Of a stretch of 49,212 nt of DNA, positions 11,423 through 22,398 are shown piece by piece. A program made the position numbers and the translations under genes. Each line of letters begins with the position of its first letter. Position 1 is the first letter of the stretch. Under the pieces are notes generated by a model. The model saw only the letters and a list, made by a program, of their open reading frames with translations, searched no databases and was not told the origin of the DNA. The DNA is from Phoronis australis (lineage: Eukaryota; Animalia; Phoronida), in assembly GCA_002633005.1 (NCBI GenBank), contig NMRA01000207.1:5051-54262 (forward strand). Reading direction: 5' to 3'.

Positions 11423-11629
11423 ATGCATCCACTGGGTGGGAACATATTTGTGACCGTACAGGACTTCAGTGGTCGTAAAGTGGTACACACTCGACGTTAT
11501 GACGAATGAGACAACGCTCGACCAGGCATACTTTTCCCGACAAAGACCGGAGCCTGTCTCACTGAAGGTGAATACGAGAAACTCAAGGGATTCATTGAGA
11601 TCGTTAACGAAGACCTAAAGAAACTTTAA
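11423..11629 (+). pseudogene. PC4/Sub1-like ssDNA-binding domain protein (one in-frame stop, absent from ORF track)
   Basis: Hand translation MHPLGGNIFVTVQDFSGRKVVHTRRYDE*DNARPGILFPTKTGACLTEGEYEKLKGFIEIVNEDLKKL follows the PC4 pattern (LG..FVsV..F.G...v.iR.Y...P.k.G..L...w..Lk..i..i). Confidence 0.78.
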
Positions 11630-12037
11630 GAAAAGAAACAGTGTGCCTACCAAGAAACGCAAAGCGACCGCTCCCCCTAGTCTACGGATTTTGAACACAG
11701 CGCACGGAGCAGGGAACAAGGACACGTTTGAAATACGGAATTGGACAGATAACGCAAACGACAGCCAAGAACTCTTTTGAGCCGAATTGACCCAGCAGAT
11801 GATACAGACGGAGGCGGTAACACAGCGCAACAAGAGACCGTTAAATGGAACTGTTAAGAGACACTAAATTTAAATACATGTATCTGATTAACGCTGCACT
11901 AACACTGTGCTAGCCATCACTTGTTTATGATAAAATAAATCAAGCGTTGAACTCGTTTCCATTGTTGTTCTTATAACCCATACAAAATTAATGTAAGTAA
12001 CTCCTATCATTCACTCTGTCACGATATACAGCGCAGT

Positions 12038-12626
12038 ATGCATGTAGACGTGAGACTCGCTCACCCGTTCACAATAATTGTCAGTGGTCCAATGTCGAAA
12101 GGAAAAACTCAGTGGACCATGCGACTTTTGCAAAATGCCACTACGATGATTCATCCTCCTCCGGACACTGTTACGTATTGTTTCGGCGAATATCAAGATG
12201 TATTTTCTAATTTGACAAACGTCAACTTTGTAGAAGGGTTGCCTGAACTTTCCAGTTTCGATAGACGCAAGCGACATCTCGTGGTCATCGACGACATGAT
12301 AAGTGAAATGGATGGAAGTGTGACAGTCACCATAGAAACGTGTCAGTTGTTTTGATAGTTCAAAATTTGTTTTCTAAAAACAAAGAGATGCACACCATTA
12401 GTCTAAACGCATACTTCTTTGTGTTGTTTAAAAAACCCCGCTGCACCTGGCTAAGTACATGTGTCCGGGGAATACCAGATTCGTACAGGAAGCGTTTGCC
12501 GATGCTACTAATGAACCTTTCGGTTACCTTTTCGTGGATCTAAAACAATTTATTCCTGAACACATGCGGTTGGAGACGCACGTTTTTCCCGATGAAACGC
12601 AATATGCCTAACTTCCCAGAAAATTG
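12038..12626 (+). pseudogene. A32/FtsK-HerA family genome-packaging ATPase
   Basis: Walker A SGPMSKGKT, Walker B LVVIDD, HHRNVSVVLIVQNLF, ISLNA..FVLFKKPR, PFGYLFVDL. Frameshifts present. Confidence 0.93.
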
Positions 12627-12676
12627 AGCTATGAGTTACGTCAGTCGATGTAACAGTTCAGACTTAGCACGCTTAA

Positions 12677-12924
12677 GAGCATGTTCGCGAATGGACCAGG
12701 CAGAGGGTGATAAACGCTATGTCACAGATTCTCTTTATATTTTGTCTGTGAGATGACACTAGCCCCACTGACTCCAGACCACCTTTATTTTTTTTCAAAA
12801 CGCCCCCTTTTGGTTTCCATGGATACTATTTGTTTCCGACAAGTTTTCAGCCTGGCGGCAGTTCAGTTTTAGTAAAATTCCGACAGTTACGTTACGCAGT
12901 GGAAGTAACGTTGAAATATTGAAC
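12677..12924. mobile_element. Terminal fragment of an insertion (possibly PIF/Harbinger) present in only one of two assembled copies
   Basis: After cttaa the first copy continues gagcatgttcgc..., whereas the second copy continues gatgccc into the next gene. The fragment ends at the N at 12925. Confidence 0.45.
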
Positions 12925-12925
12925 N

Positions 12926-13263
12926 TGTCAGTTGTTTTGATAGTTCAAAATTTGTTTTCTAAAAACAAAGAGATACACACCATTAGTCTAAACGCATACT
13001 TCTTTGTGTTGTTTAAAAAACCCCGCTGCACCTGGCTAAGTACATGTGTCCGGGGAATACCTGATTCGTACTGGAAGCGTTTGCCGATGCTACTAATGAA
13101 CCTTTCGGTTACCTTTTCGTGGATCTAAAACAATTTATTCCTGAACACATGCGGTTGGAGACGCACGTTTTTCCCGATGCAACGCAATATGCCTAACTTC
13201 CCAGAAAATTGAGCTATGAGTTACGTCAGTCGATGTAACAGTTCAGACTTACCACGCTTAAGA
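12926..13263 (+). repeat. Near-identical duplicate of ~12341-12678 (ATPase 3' half), likely alternate haplotype
   Basis: About 5 differences in ~338 bp. Begins immediately after a single N. Confidence 0.88.
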
Positions 13264-13607
13264 TGCCCTTGGGAAGGTTGAGGAGACATTCGGATACACT
13301 CAAACTACTGTGCAAGTGTAAACTTAGTATTGCCAAAACAATTGTTAAAAGAGCCGACAAGGATCTCATCTACTGTCTTTGTGAAGTAGCGGTCAACGAC
13401 TTGAACGGAAACCTACCACTGACCCCCAATCAAAAATCGAAGCTTCGTAAATACAAAACAAGCCATGCGCACTCTTGTGAAAAGAAGACGCCTCTGAAAC
13501 CTAAAAGGCAGATTCTACAATGAGGTGGATTTCTCGGAGCAGTATTAGCGCGTCTCATTGGTCGCTTGGCGGGAACAATTCTTCCAGGGTTATTCGGTCA
13601 AAGGTAA
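13263..13607 (+). pseudogene. Conserved basic Maverick protein (core-like) with adenain-type cleavage site
   Basis: CLCEVAVNDLNGNLPLTPNQKSKLRKYK motif typical of Maverick small basic proteins. ILQ*GGFLGAVL resembles an xxGG|F adenain site followed by an amphipathic tail. Confidence 0.7.
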
Positions 13608-13608
13608 A

Positions 13609-14258
13609 ATGGAGAACGCTAAGAAAATGGCTGTCGTTGACCTCACTTATTAGTATCACTCTCCACACGCAAATCTCCCACTATCCTTCCCGTCAAAGCT
13701 TTGAGTGGGTTTTTCCAAGACATTCAGAAACTCGTGGAGCGGAAAGACGTTGATGAGATCTAGAAAGTGAAAATGTATAATCAGATTCTTCGGCGATTTG
13801 TCACGTACCACGACAAAATGAACCAACCCGTAAAAGTGGAAATAAGGGGAACAAAGCCAGCGGAAGATCGAAACGCGGAAAAGAATAATTCTACATCAAT
13901 GGACGAGAATATTGTTGACTCCGTCCCGGTATCTATGCGCCGTAAGGCTCAGATGCTGCTGGAAAAGATTAAAAAGAATACGAGAGTGAGTTGGGACGAC
14001 AGAGGTCGTGTCTACATTGACGGATCACCCATTGAATCGTCGAACATCACTGATTTGAATGACGTTCTCAGGAAACGAAAACGGACGGCACCATCGGGCT
14101 GGAAAGAATATTCTCAGGAATTGAGAAATGCGAATGTTGCACGGGAACTTATTGGAAATAAAGAACGTTGGTCGTTAGTACAAGAGAGCACGGAAACGAC
14201 TCCCAAAATAAAGAAGCGAAAAAGGGTTGTGTCGCAGCCGCGTTGGACCCCATATTAG
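13609..14258 (+). pseudogene. Conserved Maverick hypothetical protein
   Basis: SWDDRGRVYIDGSPIESSNITDL...RKR..PSGW...NV.RELIGNKERW, recognised as recurring upstream of Maverick integrases. 5' part disrupted. Confidence 0.7.
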
Positions 14259-14324
14259 CGGCTAACACTACCTACGCCTCTCATTCGCAATAACACAAAA
14301 GGGAAAGAAACATCGTAACATTTG

Positions 14325-15379
14325 TGTTAAATTAAGACGAATGTACTACGATCTAAGGCACGCACGAAGTTTTGGAGGAATAGAATCCACTCAAAGTGGT
14401 CTGAAAGGCAAATTGAAGAAAAGGATTGTGAAAAAAATGGCTTAGTAACCAAGATACTTACGTTCGACACAAACCTCTGGTATGAAATATTAGGAGACGC
14501 GTTGTAGTTGGAACCAGTGACCAACAGTTCCAGGCGGACCTTGTAGACGTATCCAAGTTGGCAAAAGTTAATGACGGTCACAGGTACATTCTTACCTACA
14601 TAGACGTACTCTCGAATTATGCATCCGCTGTTCCATTCCGAGACAAGACGGGAAAAGCTTAGTTGAAGCTTTCAAACTTATTTTCGCCAGTGGACGGAAA
14701 TGCAGGACCTTTCAGACAGACAAAGGAACGGAGTTTACGAATCGTGTCTTTCACAAATTTCTCAAAGAGGAAGGAGATGGCTTCTTTACTACCCATAACG
14801 AAGAGACCAAGGCAAGCATCGCCGAGCGCTTTAATCGCACATTAAAAACGAAAATGTGGAAGTGCTTTACGTTTAAAGACAACTAGCGATACGTTGACGT
14901 ATTACACGATCTAGTGAGGTCCTACAACAACACATACCACCGATCTATCAAGACCACACCATCGTCTGCCACACGAGCTAATCAAGAGACAGCAAGGCAG
15001 ACTTTTTTACGAATCGTATATGAAACAGACCAAACCGAAATTTAAGACCGGTGACCGGGTTGTTATAAGAATGGCAAAACGTCCTTTCAAGAAGGGATAG
15101 TAACGCAACTGGACTGAAGAATTCTTCAGTATTCGTCAAGTGGTCTCAAGCACACCGACGACATACAAAGTGATGGATGATCACGAAGAAATACTCGAAG
15201 GAACGTTTTACCAACAGGAGCTTCAAAAGGTAGCCAATAGAAACGTATACAAGGTGGAGAGCGTCCTCAAAACGCGTCAAAGAAAAATACAGACTGAATA
15301 TCTCGTGACGTGGGCGGATTATCCGGACTCCTTCAATTCGTGGATTAACGAGCGTCAATTCGTCACCTATAACAATTAA
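14325..15379 (+). pseudogene. Retroviral-like (rve, DDE) integrase with C-terminal chromodomain
   Basis: YYD...SFGG, WLSNQDTY.RHKP, QFQADLVD, IDVLS, QTDKGTEF, IAERFNRTLK, YNNTYHRSI, FKTGDRV, chromodomain YKVESVL...YLVTWADYPDSFNSWI. Several stops and frameshifts. Confidence 0.94.
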
Positions 15380-15408
15380 TACTTACACCATTACTCTCAT
15401 TTATTAGC

Positions 15409-15688
15409 ATGTGTTCCAACGAAACGAACGTACACGAGGAGAATTTTGAACTTGGTAATTTGAACTTGGTAATATTACAGACAGACACTGGCCCTTATTT
15501 GGACGAAAAGTACCGAAGAAGGAAATCGTTTTTTTTTCAGTCAAATGATCACCCTCTTCACCGTCATAGTGAGGAGTTTGTACAATTTGACAACAGGGAA
15601 CAACAAGCAGCCTCTTTAGGTGACGCTCATTAGTGCTTCACTCGGTGTCGTCTCACCTAATCCGTCTTTAAACAAGAATGACAGCTAA
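15409..15688 (+). pseudogene. Small two-helix membrane protein of Mavericks
   Basis: Across a frameshift: HWPLFGRKVPKKEIVFF/SQMITLFTVIVRSLYNLTTG...L*VTLISASLGVVSPNPSL, giving two hydrophobic segments. Confidence 0.6.
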
Positions 15689-15692
15689 ATCG

Positions 15693-16210
15693 ATGTTCTA
15701 TCTTGCATTTTCGAGCAGCAGCTCCGTGGACTATTCCCCCGACAACACACTCGTCAAGAGTGTTCACGCCATGCTTAAAGAACCCTGGGTTTCAGATAGA
15801 GATGAAACAAATTAAAATGGGTTACAACGATGTGACTAATAAGATACATATGCGTGTCAAGAAAGGGGCTGAAATTACGTTCAGTCCGAAATTAAAAGAT
15901 ACATGTGTGTTGGGACTCGATCCGGAGAGTTATACCGACGATCCGGGTATTTACTTCCCCACAAAAATGGTTGATGTTCATCGAGGATTTTACGCTCTCT
16001 ACGTCTACTGTGATCTCGTGGAATCGGTCGTTGCGGAAGCCACACTTGCACCCCTGCTAAGGATTGTTCCCTTGAAAGGAAAGCCTGCGGAGACAGTAGT
16101 TCGTGTTTTTGAGGCAATTCAGTTCAAACCTCTACAACGAAATCACTTCGGTGCCATTGAAATCGCTATTCGTGACGATGTGGGTGATGTTATTCCATTC
16201 AATCGTGGTC
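15693..16210 (+). pseudogene. Minor capsid protein (penton, PX), internally deleted
   Basis: N-terminus MFYLAFSSSSSVDY (FYLTLPSNSS-like). C-terminus LYVYCDLVE...PLLRIV...IEIAIRDDVGDVIPFNRG. Confidence 0.87.
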
Positions 16211-16302
16211 ACTCTTGCTCTAAGACTTGCCCGTACTTCTTTGTTTTAACAACCCATAAAAGAGATCGAATATGCCGTGTACTCTCATTCTACACACACA
16301 AG

Positions 16303-16750
16303 ATGAAACGATCTAAAAGTTTATATTGCCGTGAAAGCAACCGCCAACTATACGACGACTACTACACCGTTCAAGCGGGGAGCGCTCTTCCCGTTTTCGT
16401 CGGCGCTGGCATGCAACGGGGGCACGGCATTGGTTCCGATATCGGGCCGGGACTCTTTCGTCCAGCTCTACCGCTGATCAAGAAAGGAGCCGCTGCAATT
16501 GGAAAGCAAGCTTTACGGACTGGAATTGACTTTGAGGGTGACTTGGTGCAAGGGAAAAATGCAAAAGCAGCCGCCGTAGAACGGTCCGGGAAGGCTGCGG
16601 GAGAGTTGTTGAACAAAGCTTCCTCGTTTGTTGGTGCAGGCCCCGGGTACGCCGCACAAGGCTATAAAACGTAGAGTATCGACCAAAAGAGTTAGTTCAA
16701 AACGAGGGAAGAACAGAGCAACATCGCAATGCAGAGATATCTTTTCTTAG
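16303..16750 (+). pseudogene. Conserved Gly/Ala-rich virion protein, candidate membrane-lytic (adenovirus pVI-like) factor
   Basis: YYTVQAGSALPVFVG..MQRGHGIGS...GLFRPALPLIKKGAAAIGKQALRTG. QxGxG protease-type site precedes an amphipathic helix. Ends RDIFS* after a frameshift. Confidence 0.75.
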
Positions 16751-16751
16751 A

Positions 16752-17173
16752 ATGGCTCTCGTACACGACAAATCCTGTGAGTGTGTAAAAAGTGAGCTCG
16801 ATTTGTTTGCCGTGCCTCCCACTCCGCCTTATTCATCAGGAAAATGAAACTCAGCCACACTGTACATCTAACACACATAAAGGCTCTTGAGAAAAACACC
16901 GCAAAGCACCCTCTGCGACGCGTCGAATGCAAAGTGTTCTCAGTCATGGGCGCACATCTGTCTATGACACAGGCAAAGATTTTATTGTAAACTATTTGGG
17001 ACATAGTATCTTTGACATAAGATGGGGGGGTGTCTTTAATCTCATAAAACAAGGATAGAAACCTCCGCTTGGAAGTTCATTTTGCATCGGCGCTGCCTTC
17101 TACAATAAACACCGAGTTTGAGAATATTGGGGAAATTGACAGAGCTAGAAACGTCTCGTTTGATTTCACATAA
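16752..17173 (+). pseudogene. Double jelly-roll major capsid protein (hexon-like, PY), reduced to three fragments
   Basis: N-term MALVHDKSCECVKSELDLFAVPPT, middle ALFIRKMKL...HIKALEKNTAKHPLRRVECKVF, C-term NLRLEVHFASALP...EFENIGEIDRARNVSFDFT*. Confidence 0.88.
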
Positions 17174-17624
17174 TGAGGACTGATCAGACTATTACGATTC
17201 TGGAAACCGATGACTTTGTCGGACGAGTCTTTGGTGGTTGTCTTGCGAGTGATGATTTATGTAACCTTTGTGTCGTTTCACATCCGAATGCTTCTGTTTG
17301 TAACAACGATCCTAGCCACAAACCTGGAACACACTCGGGTGGCTATTTATCTGACCGAGGATGAAAAGAGAATACTTTGATTCGTACGGCTTGCCTCCGC
17401 TATCGGACCACTTGCGATATTTTCTCGATAGAAATACGAATGGATGGACAACTCAGACCAGACAACTTCAGGGACTTTCGTCGACAGTTTGTGGACAATA
17501 TTGTAGATTTTATTTGTTATATCGGTGCCGAGGATGGAGCATGGAATTTATCGCTAATCTGTTTGATAAAGACACTAAAACTAACGATCGCTGTGTTTTA
17601 GAATTTGTCGACGGATTAATGTAA
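17173..17624 (+). pseudogene. Adenain-like cysteine maturation protease
   Basis: NNDPSHKPGTH, EYFDSYGLPP, LQGLSSTVCGQYC. One frameshift at ~17337. Start overlaps the MCP stop (TAATG). Confidence 0.92.
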
Positions 17625-19441
17625 TTGTAACTCGTGTACATATATATTTAAAGTCTAAACGCCCATTGTAACTTATCGTATTAAGCTACGGAGATTATTA
17701 GAGTGAATTTGAGAAAATGGTAATTGATGCGTGTTAATGTTTGCTTACGGAAAAAGAAAATAAAAAATATTCGAATAATCGGAATTGTTTACGATAAACA
17801 CCTCAGATATAGTGTGGGTGAAAAACCTTTATACAGTTTCAGAGGATGGTTAACCTACAAAATAAAAAATAACAATAAAAAAGTTATTGAATATTGAATA
17901 TAGACGATCTACAAAATAAAATAAAAATATAGAGTATAGACGGTTGGTCAAAAACAACGAATGGCCGGATACCACGTACGCGAAAGGAAATTTAAAAGGC
18001 TGGCTAAGAGAAGGGTTCAGCAAATGATAACTCACCGCTAACTCGCAAACTCAGGTCTCGGAATAGTTCGTATAATCCGTCTAGTCTCTATTCGGCTTAC
18101 TCTTTATATACACGTAGCGTAACACCAAATAATACATTATTTGCGACGTGTGTACGCACAGTTGTTTGGTTCGAAATGCACGTAACGAGTATCACGAGAG
18201 GCATGTTTGTCGAAATTTGTGTAAGTATCCAGCACATCATTGAAGTGCAAAAATCGCAGACGGGTACTTAATTAACTCATAAAATATACCCAATTAAATC
18301 ATGATAAAGTAGGATTTGTGTCAGCCCAGACTTTACGCGACAATTCTGTAAGATTCAGCAAAGCTCAGACGGTGCTTTGTGTACATTTGTGTACGAAAAC
18401 GTCACGCAATCCTATGCATTCATCCACTTTTCTCCACTTCCGAAGTGGACAGAGTCTGTATGCTGTTCTTAATTCACCTACATGTATTTCACGAACGCGG
18501 GGCGCTGCTGTCGTGTTGATCGAAAACGAGGCGCCTTGACAAACATGGCATCGTCCTGCAAGGTGGTGTGGTCAAAAGACTTATCAACGTTACCAAAAAT
18601 CAAGTTGTCTGATATTGAATGGATCTCCAAAAACATACCAATACGCACGGCAACTAGACTTTTACCCTCCTCAGCCATTCTTTCGTAGTTTTCCTCTTTT
18701 GGAAAAGTGTGGAAGTCAGGGATATACCCAGGCTTTTAGTCTTGAAAAACCCTGCTCGCCAGCTGGGCGAGTGCCGGAGCCAGAAAATCTACTCGCCCAG
18801 CCCGAAGTTCAGTCACCCGGCCGTTGGAGCCAGTCACCACAAACTTGCTGCTAGTTTATATAAAAATCATCATTTTGTGCACTGATGTCACCATCTATTA
18901 GGGGGACGCATTTTGTAGCCTACGGCGGTTAAAACCCGGTCTCCGAAACGGGTGAAATCTCGGAAGCTAGGATTAATCAAATTTACGCGCTGTGACGTAT
19001 GTGTAACCTATGACAGACTGTCTACAAAACTGTGGTGCATTGCTATCAAACTCTGTTGTTAAATTACGATCTTTTTAAAAAATGTGCTGAAATTCCAGGG
19101 CGAAAACTTGCCGACTCAGTGATGCGTCGCTGCTTCGCGATCGTCGATAGGACAACTTGAATTCTTGAGTAAAAATAGTTTCGACTCAAATTACCTGAAA
19201 TCCTCCTTAAAGTGTACGCAACATGACTCTAGTACCTCAAAATACATTTTATTATTATATCTTACTTGATTTCAGTGCCTTTAGTGCACAGCTCATATAG
19301 AAACACGTAAAAATTGAAAAAAATAATAATTATGTACAACGTCATGGGTTGAACCCAAGTCGTTCGGCACACTGTTCGGATCAGCAACTAAGTGTATAGA
19401 GTGAAGTGAAAGTAAAGTATATTTAGCGTCGAGAAGGTTCG

Positions 19442-20025
19442 NNNNNNNNNNNNNNNNNNNNNNNNNNNNNNNNNNNNNNNNNNNNNNNNNNNNNNNNNNN
19501 NNNNNNNNNNNNNNNNNNNNNNNNNNNNNNNNNNNNNNNNNNNNNNNNNNNNNNNNNNNNNNNNNNNNNNNNNNNNNNNNNNNNNNNNNNNNNNNNNNNN
19601 NNNNNNNNNNNNNNNNNNNNNNNNNNNNNNNNNNNNNNNNNNNNNNNNNNNNNNNNNNNNNNNNNNNNNNNNNNNNNNNNNNNNNNNNNNNNNNNNNNNN
19701 NNNNNNNNNNNNNNNNNNNNNNNNNNNNNNNNNNNNNNNNNNNNNNNNNNNNNNNNNNNNNNNNNNNNNNNNNNNNNNNNNNNNNNNNNNNNNNNNNNNN
19801 NNNNNNNNNNNNNNNNNNNNNNNNNNNNNNNNNNNNNNNNNNNNNNNNNNNNNNNNNNNNNNNNNNNNNNNNNNNNNNNNNNNNNNNNNNNNNNNNNNNN
19901 NNNNNNNNNNNNNNNNNNNNNNNNNNNNNNNNNNNNNNNNNNNNNNNNNNNNNNNNNNNNNNNNNNNNNNNNNNNNNNNNNNNNNNNNNNNNNNNNNNNN
20001 NNNNNNNNNNNNNNNNNNNNNNNNN
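19442..20025. other. Assembly gap
   Basis: Run of N. Confidence 1.
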
Positions 20026-20409
20026 TACTCGAAATGGAACTCGAAATTAGGTTTGGGATTTTCTACTCTACTTTTGGGCGAAATCAAGATAAGTGTCTAT
20101 TATTCTATGCTCGAGTACACAATAACTTACGTAGATAATTTATTGCCCTTAGTTCACAGTTTGTAAACCCAATATTAAAGCAATAAGTTCGAGCTTGAAC
20201 TCGAAAGTTCGAGTTTTTACTCGAGTTTGTAGCACGAATATAAGGGTCTTCAAGGGCAAACTTGAATTAGAAACTCCTATGCATAAACTATAATGTATTC
20301 GAGCACACTCTGATAACCAATTATCTTAAGTTTGCACAAAAGGAGCAGAGAAATTGCCAAAAATAGTTTCGAGTTCGTTTCGAGTACACAGATTAGAGAC
20401 CGGGCCCTG
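20026..20409. mobile_element. Right part of a palindromic MITE rich in actcgaa/ttcgagt repeats
   Basis: tactcgaaatggaactcgaaa (20026) is inverse to tttcgagttcgtttcgagta (~20367). Ends agagaccgggccctg. Left terminus probably lies in the gap. Confidence 0.5.
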
Positions 20410-21495
20410 GATTCCTGTTGTGGGAGAAGATCTGTACGGGAAAGATACAATACGGCCAATCCCGTTACCAGTACGCTGCGTCTGTTCTGAAGGGCCAGGC
20501 CATATAGTGTGACACTTCATTCCTCGCAAGATCAGCAAATCTTTTGCGTTCTTTTTGAAGCACTGCGGAACGGTTTGAAGTGTACAGCCACGGCTAAATA
20601 CCGACATAGCGGCGAGGCTCGTGGTCTACTAGAAATTCCGCGCACAATGATTTTTCAGGACTGTCGGATATTATTGATAAATTGAATACATTACTGTAGA
20701 ATTTTAGAACTGTGAGGTAAGGTATTTTTTTGCACAAATATACATGTATACACATCCATGGACTGGGCGCTTGTTTTAGCGAAGTCTGAAAACTAGTGAG
20801 GACGCTTATAGGGCATGGGCGCTTATTAGGACGTATGTTATAAAAATAATTTTGGCTAAAATGACATTGTACATTACAATAAGAAATCAGTTCCAAGAAG
20901 TATAGTATTTCACTTGCTATGAGTACATGGACCGGTCTTCCACCTTTCTCCCCTTTTCTTCGTTTCGGACTAGTCCACAAATTCTTTGTGCACGACCAAA
21001 CACTGTTTTTTAACGAATCGCGTAACGGGTGACATGTACTGCATCGGTAGGGTCGCACTGTGCCGATGTTTTTTACTACCGGAGCATCGACACGATGACC
21101 AAACTGAACCTTAAACTCATGATAAAAACAGCACAAGGAGGAGGAAAATCATTCATATTCATCTGGGAAACGATATATAGTGCTTTTGCGCTCTGAAATT
21201 CGCTCGCCACCTGAGCGACCGGCAAGTCAACTTCTACTCGCCCAGCACCATTTTTACTCGCATTGGCGACTGGGCGAGTGGCTAAGTATATCCCTGGGAA
21301 GGATAGCGACGAGTTATTACTGGAATTGGTACGTTCAGGCACTGCACAGTACACCATGGCCAGGTGATGATATCTCACGAGGTTTAGTGTGCCTCGTTTT
21401 CGATCAGTATTTAAAGATGGCGCGGGAAGATGGCGCCTTCGTGAAATATGTGAATATACGGTTAACATGAAAAGTTTCTTTTTGTATCTGATCAT

Positions 21496-22021
21496 GCGAC
21501 ATCTGTTGTTGAGTTAAGTGGTTATCTCCTTATCGTCTTTTATTGGTTATACGCGTTATCTGTTGTTAAGAAAAGAGAACAATCTACAGCGACGACAAGT
21601 GAGGCACGCGAAAGAAGGTAATCCACCTTTTGTTCTTGTTCAGGTAATCCCTATTTTGTTTCTGCTCTCGATCAGTTGAACTATACGAACATAACATATT
21701 CATATACGTCCGGGAGGGGGAGGGTATCACACTCTTACTTACCTGATGACGTCAGCAGTCACGTGATTTCCAATTCGACCTTCCGATTTTCTTACCGGTT
21801 ACGCGTATGACCTTGACCTTTGATCGAGGTGCCTCTATTACGGGTCTAATCAAATCTATTACGTAATGAGGTGTGACGTCATTGACACTTCCGTCCGGTA
21901 GGCGGATGATGTCCTTTCAATTGAATCCGTCACATGTAACTTTTGACTTTCCCTTTCGGATTTATGACCTTAGACCCAGGACCCTCATAAAAAGGCGTCC
22001 TAAAGCACTTACCATGCTACT
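21496..22021 (-). repeat. Maverick right TIR
   Basis: Ends cttaccatgctact. Inverse of 4368-4911. Confidence 0.93.
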
Positions 22022-22398
22022 GATGTCACATACTTACGTGTCAATGTTTTTGAAATCTGCCAATCTTCTCTAGATATCATCCGGAAACGCTCTTCCTCGA
22101 AAAATACCGAAAACCCACACCCCCCGGCCCGCCTGATCCACAAGGGTGGGGAGCAATTTGAAATGTAGCAGGAACCATTCGCTATACCCTTATGCCTAAT
22201 TGCATCAAAATCCGACTCGGGTTTTTGAGTTATCGACCTGACACTCGGAAAAAAAGACGACAACATGCGACCACATCTACTTGTGTACAGTAGGTGCAAC
22301 TGCTCAGGTGTTCTTCAGGTAAACGGGTGCAGTTCTTCGTAAAGAGTGGGCATGAATATGTACATGAAAACTAAACATACCGAGCGATGAACACTCAC

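Larger units (their letters stand above)
18717..21296. mobile_element. hAT-like non-autonomous element nested in the Maverick right arm, spanning the gap
   Basis: 11-bp TIR cagggatatac / gtatatccctg, ctcgcc/ggcgag subterminal repeats at both ends, and degenerate TSD ggaag(--)t / ggaaggat. Confidence 0.65.
4368..22021. mobile_element. Full-extent degenerate Maverick/Polinton (endogenous adintovirus-like virus)
   Basis: AGTAGT...GCTACT termini and ~530-bp TIRs. Recognisable pPolB, ATPase, integrase, minor and major capsid and adenain remnants. Degenerate 6-bp TSD ggagtt/gatgtc. Confidence 0.96.

Noticed and set aside
15703-16674. 323-aa ORF as a novel penton fusion protein
   Set aside because: It starts out of frame with the penton N-terminus and reads through a damaged penton end into a separate gene with its own ATG at 16303, so it is a decay artefact.
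19293-20087. 264-aa ORF (and ORFs at 32833-33261, 32914-33186)
   Set aside because: Consist mostly of N-gap translation.
20594-21495. 180-aa and 139-aa minus-strand ORFs as Maverick accessory genes
   Set aside because: They cross nested-repeat boundaries and show no recognisable protein motif.
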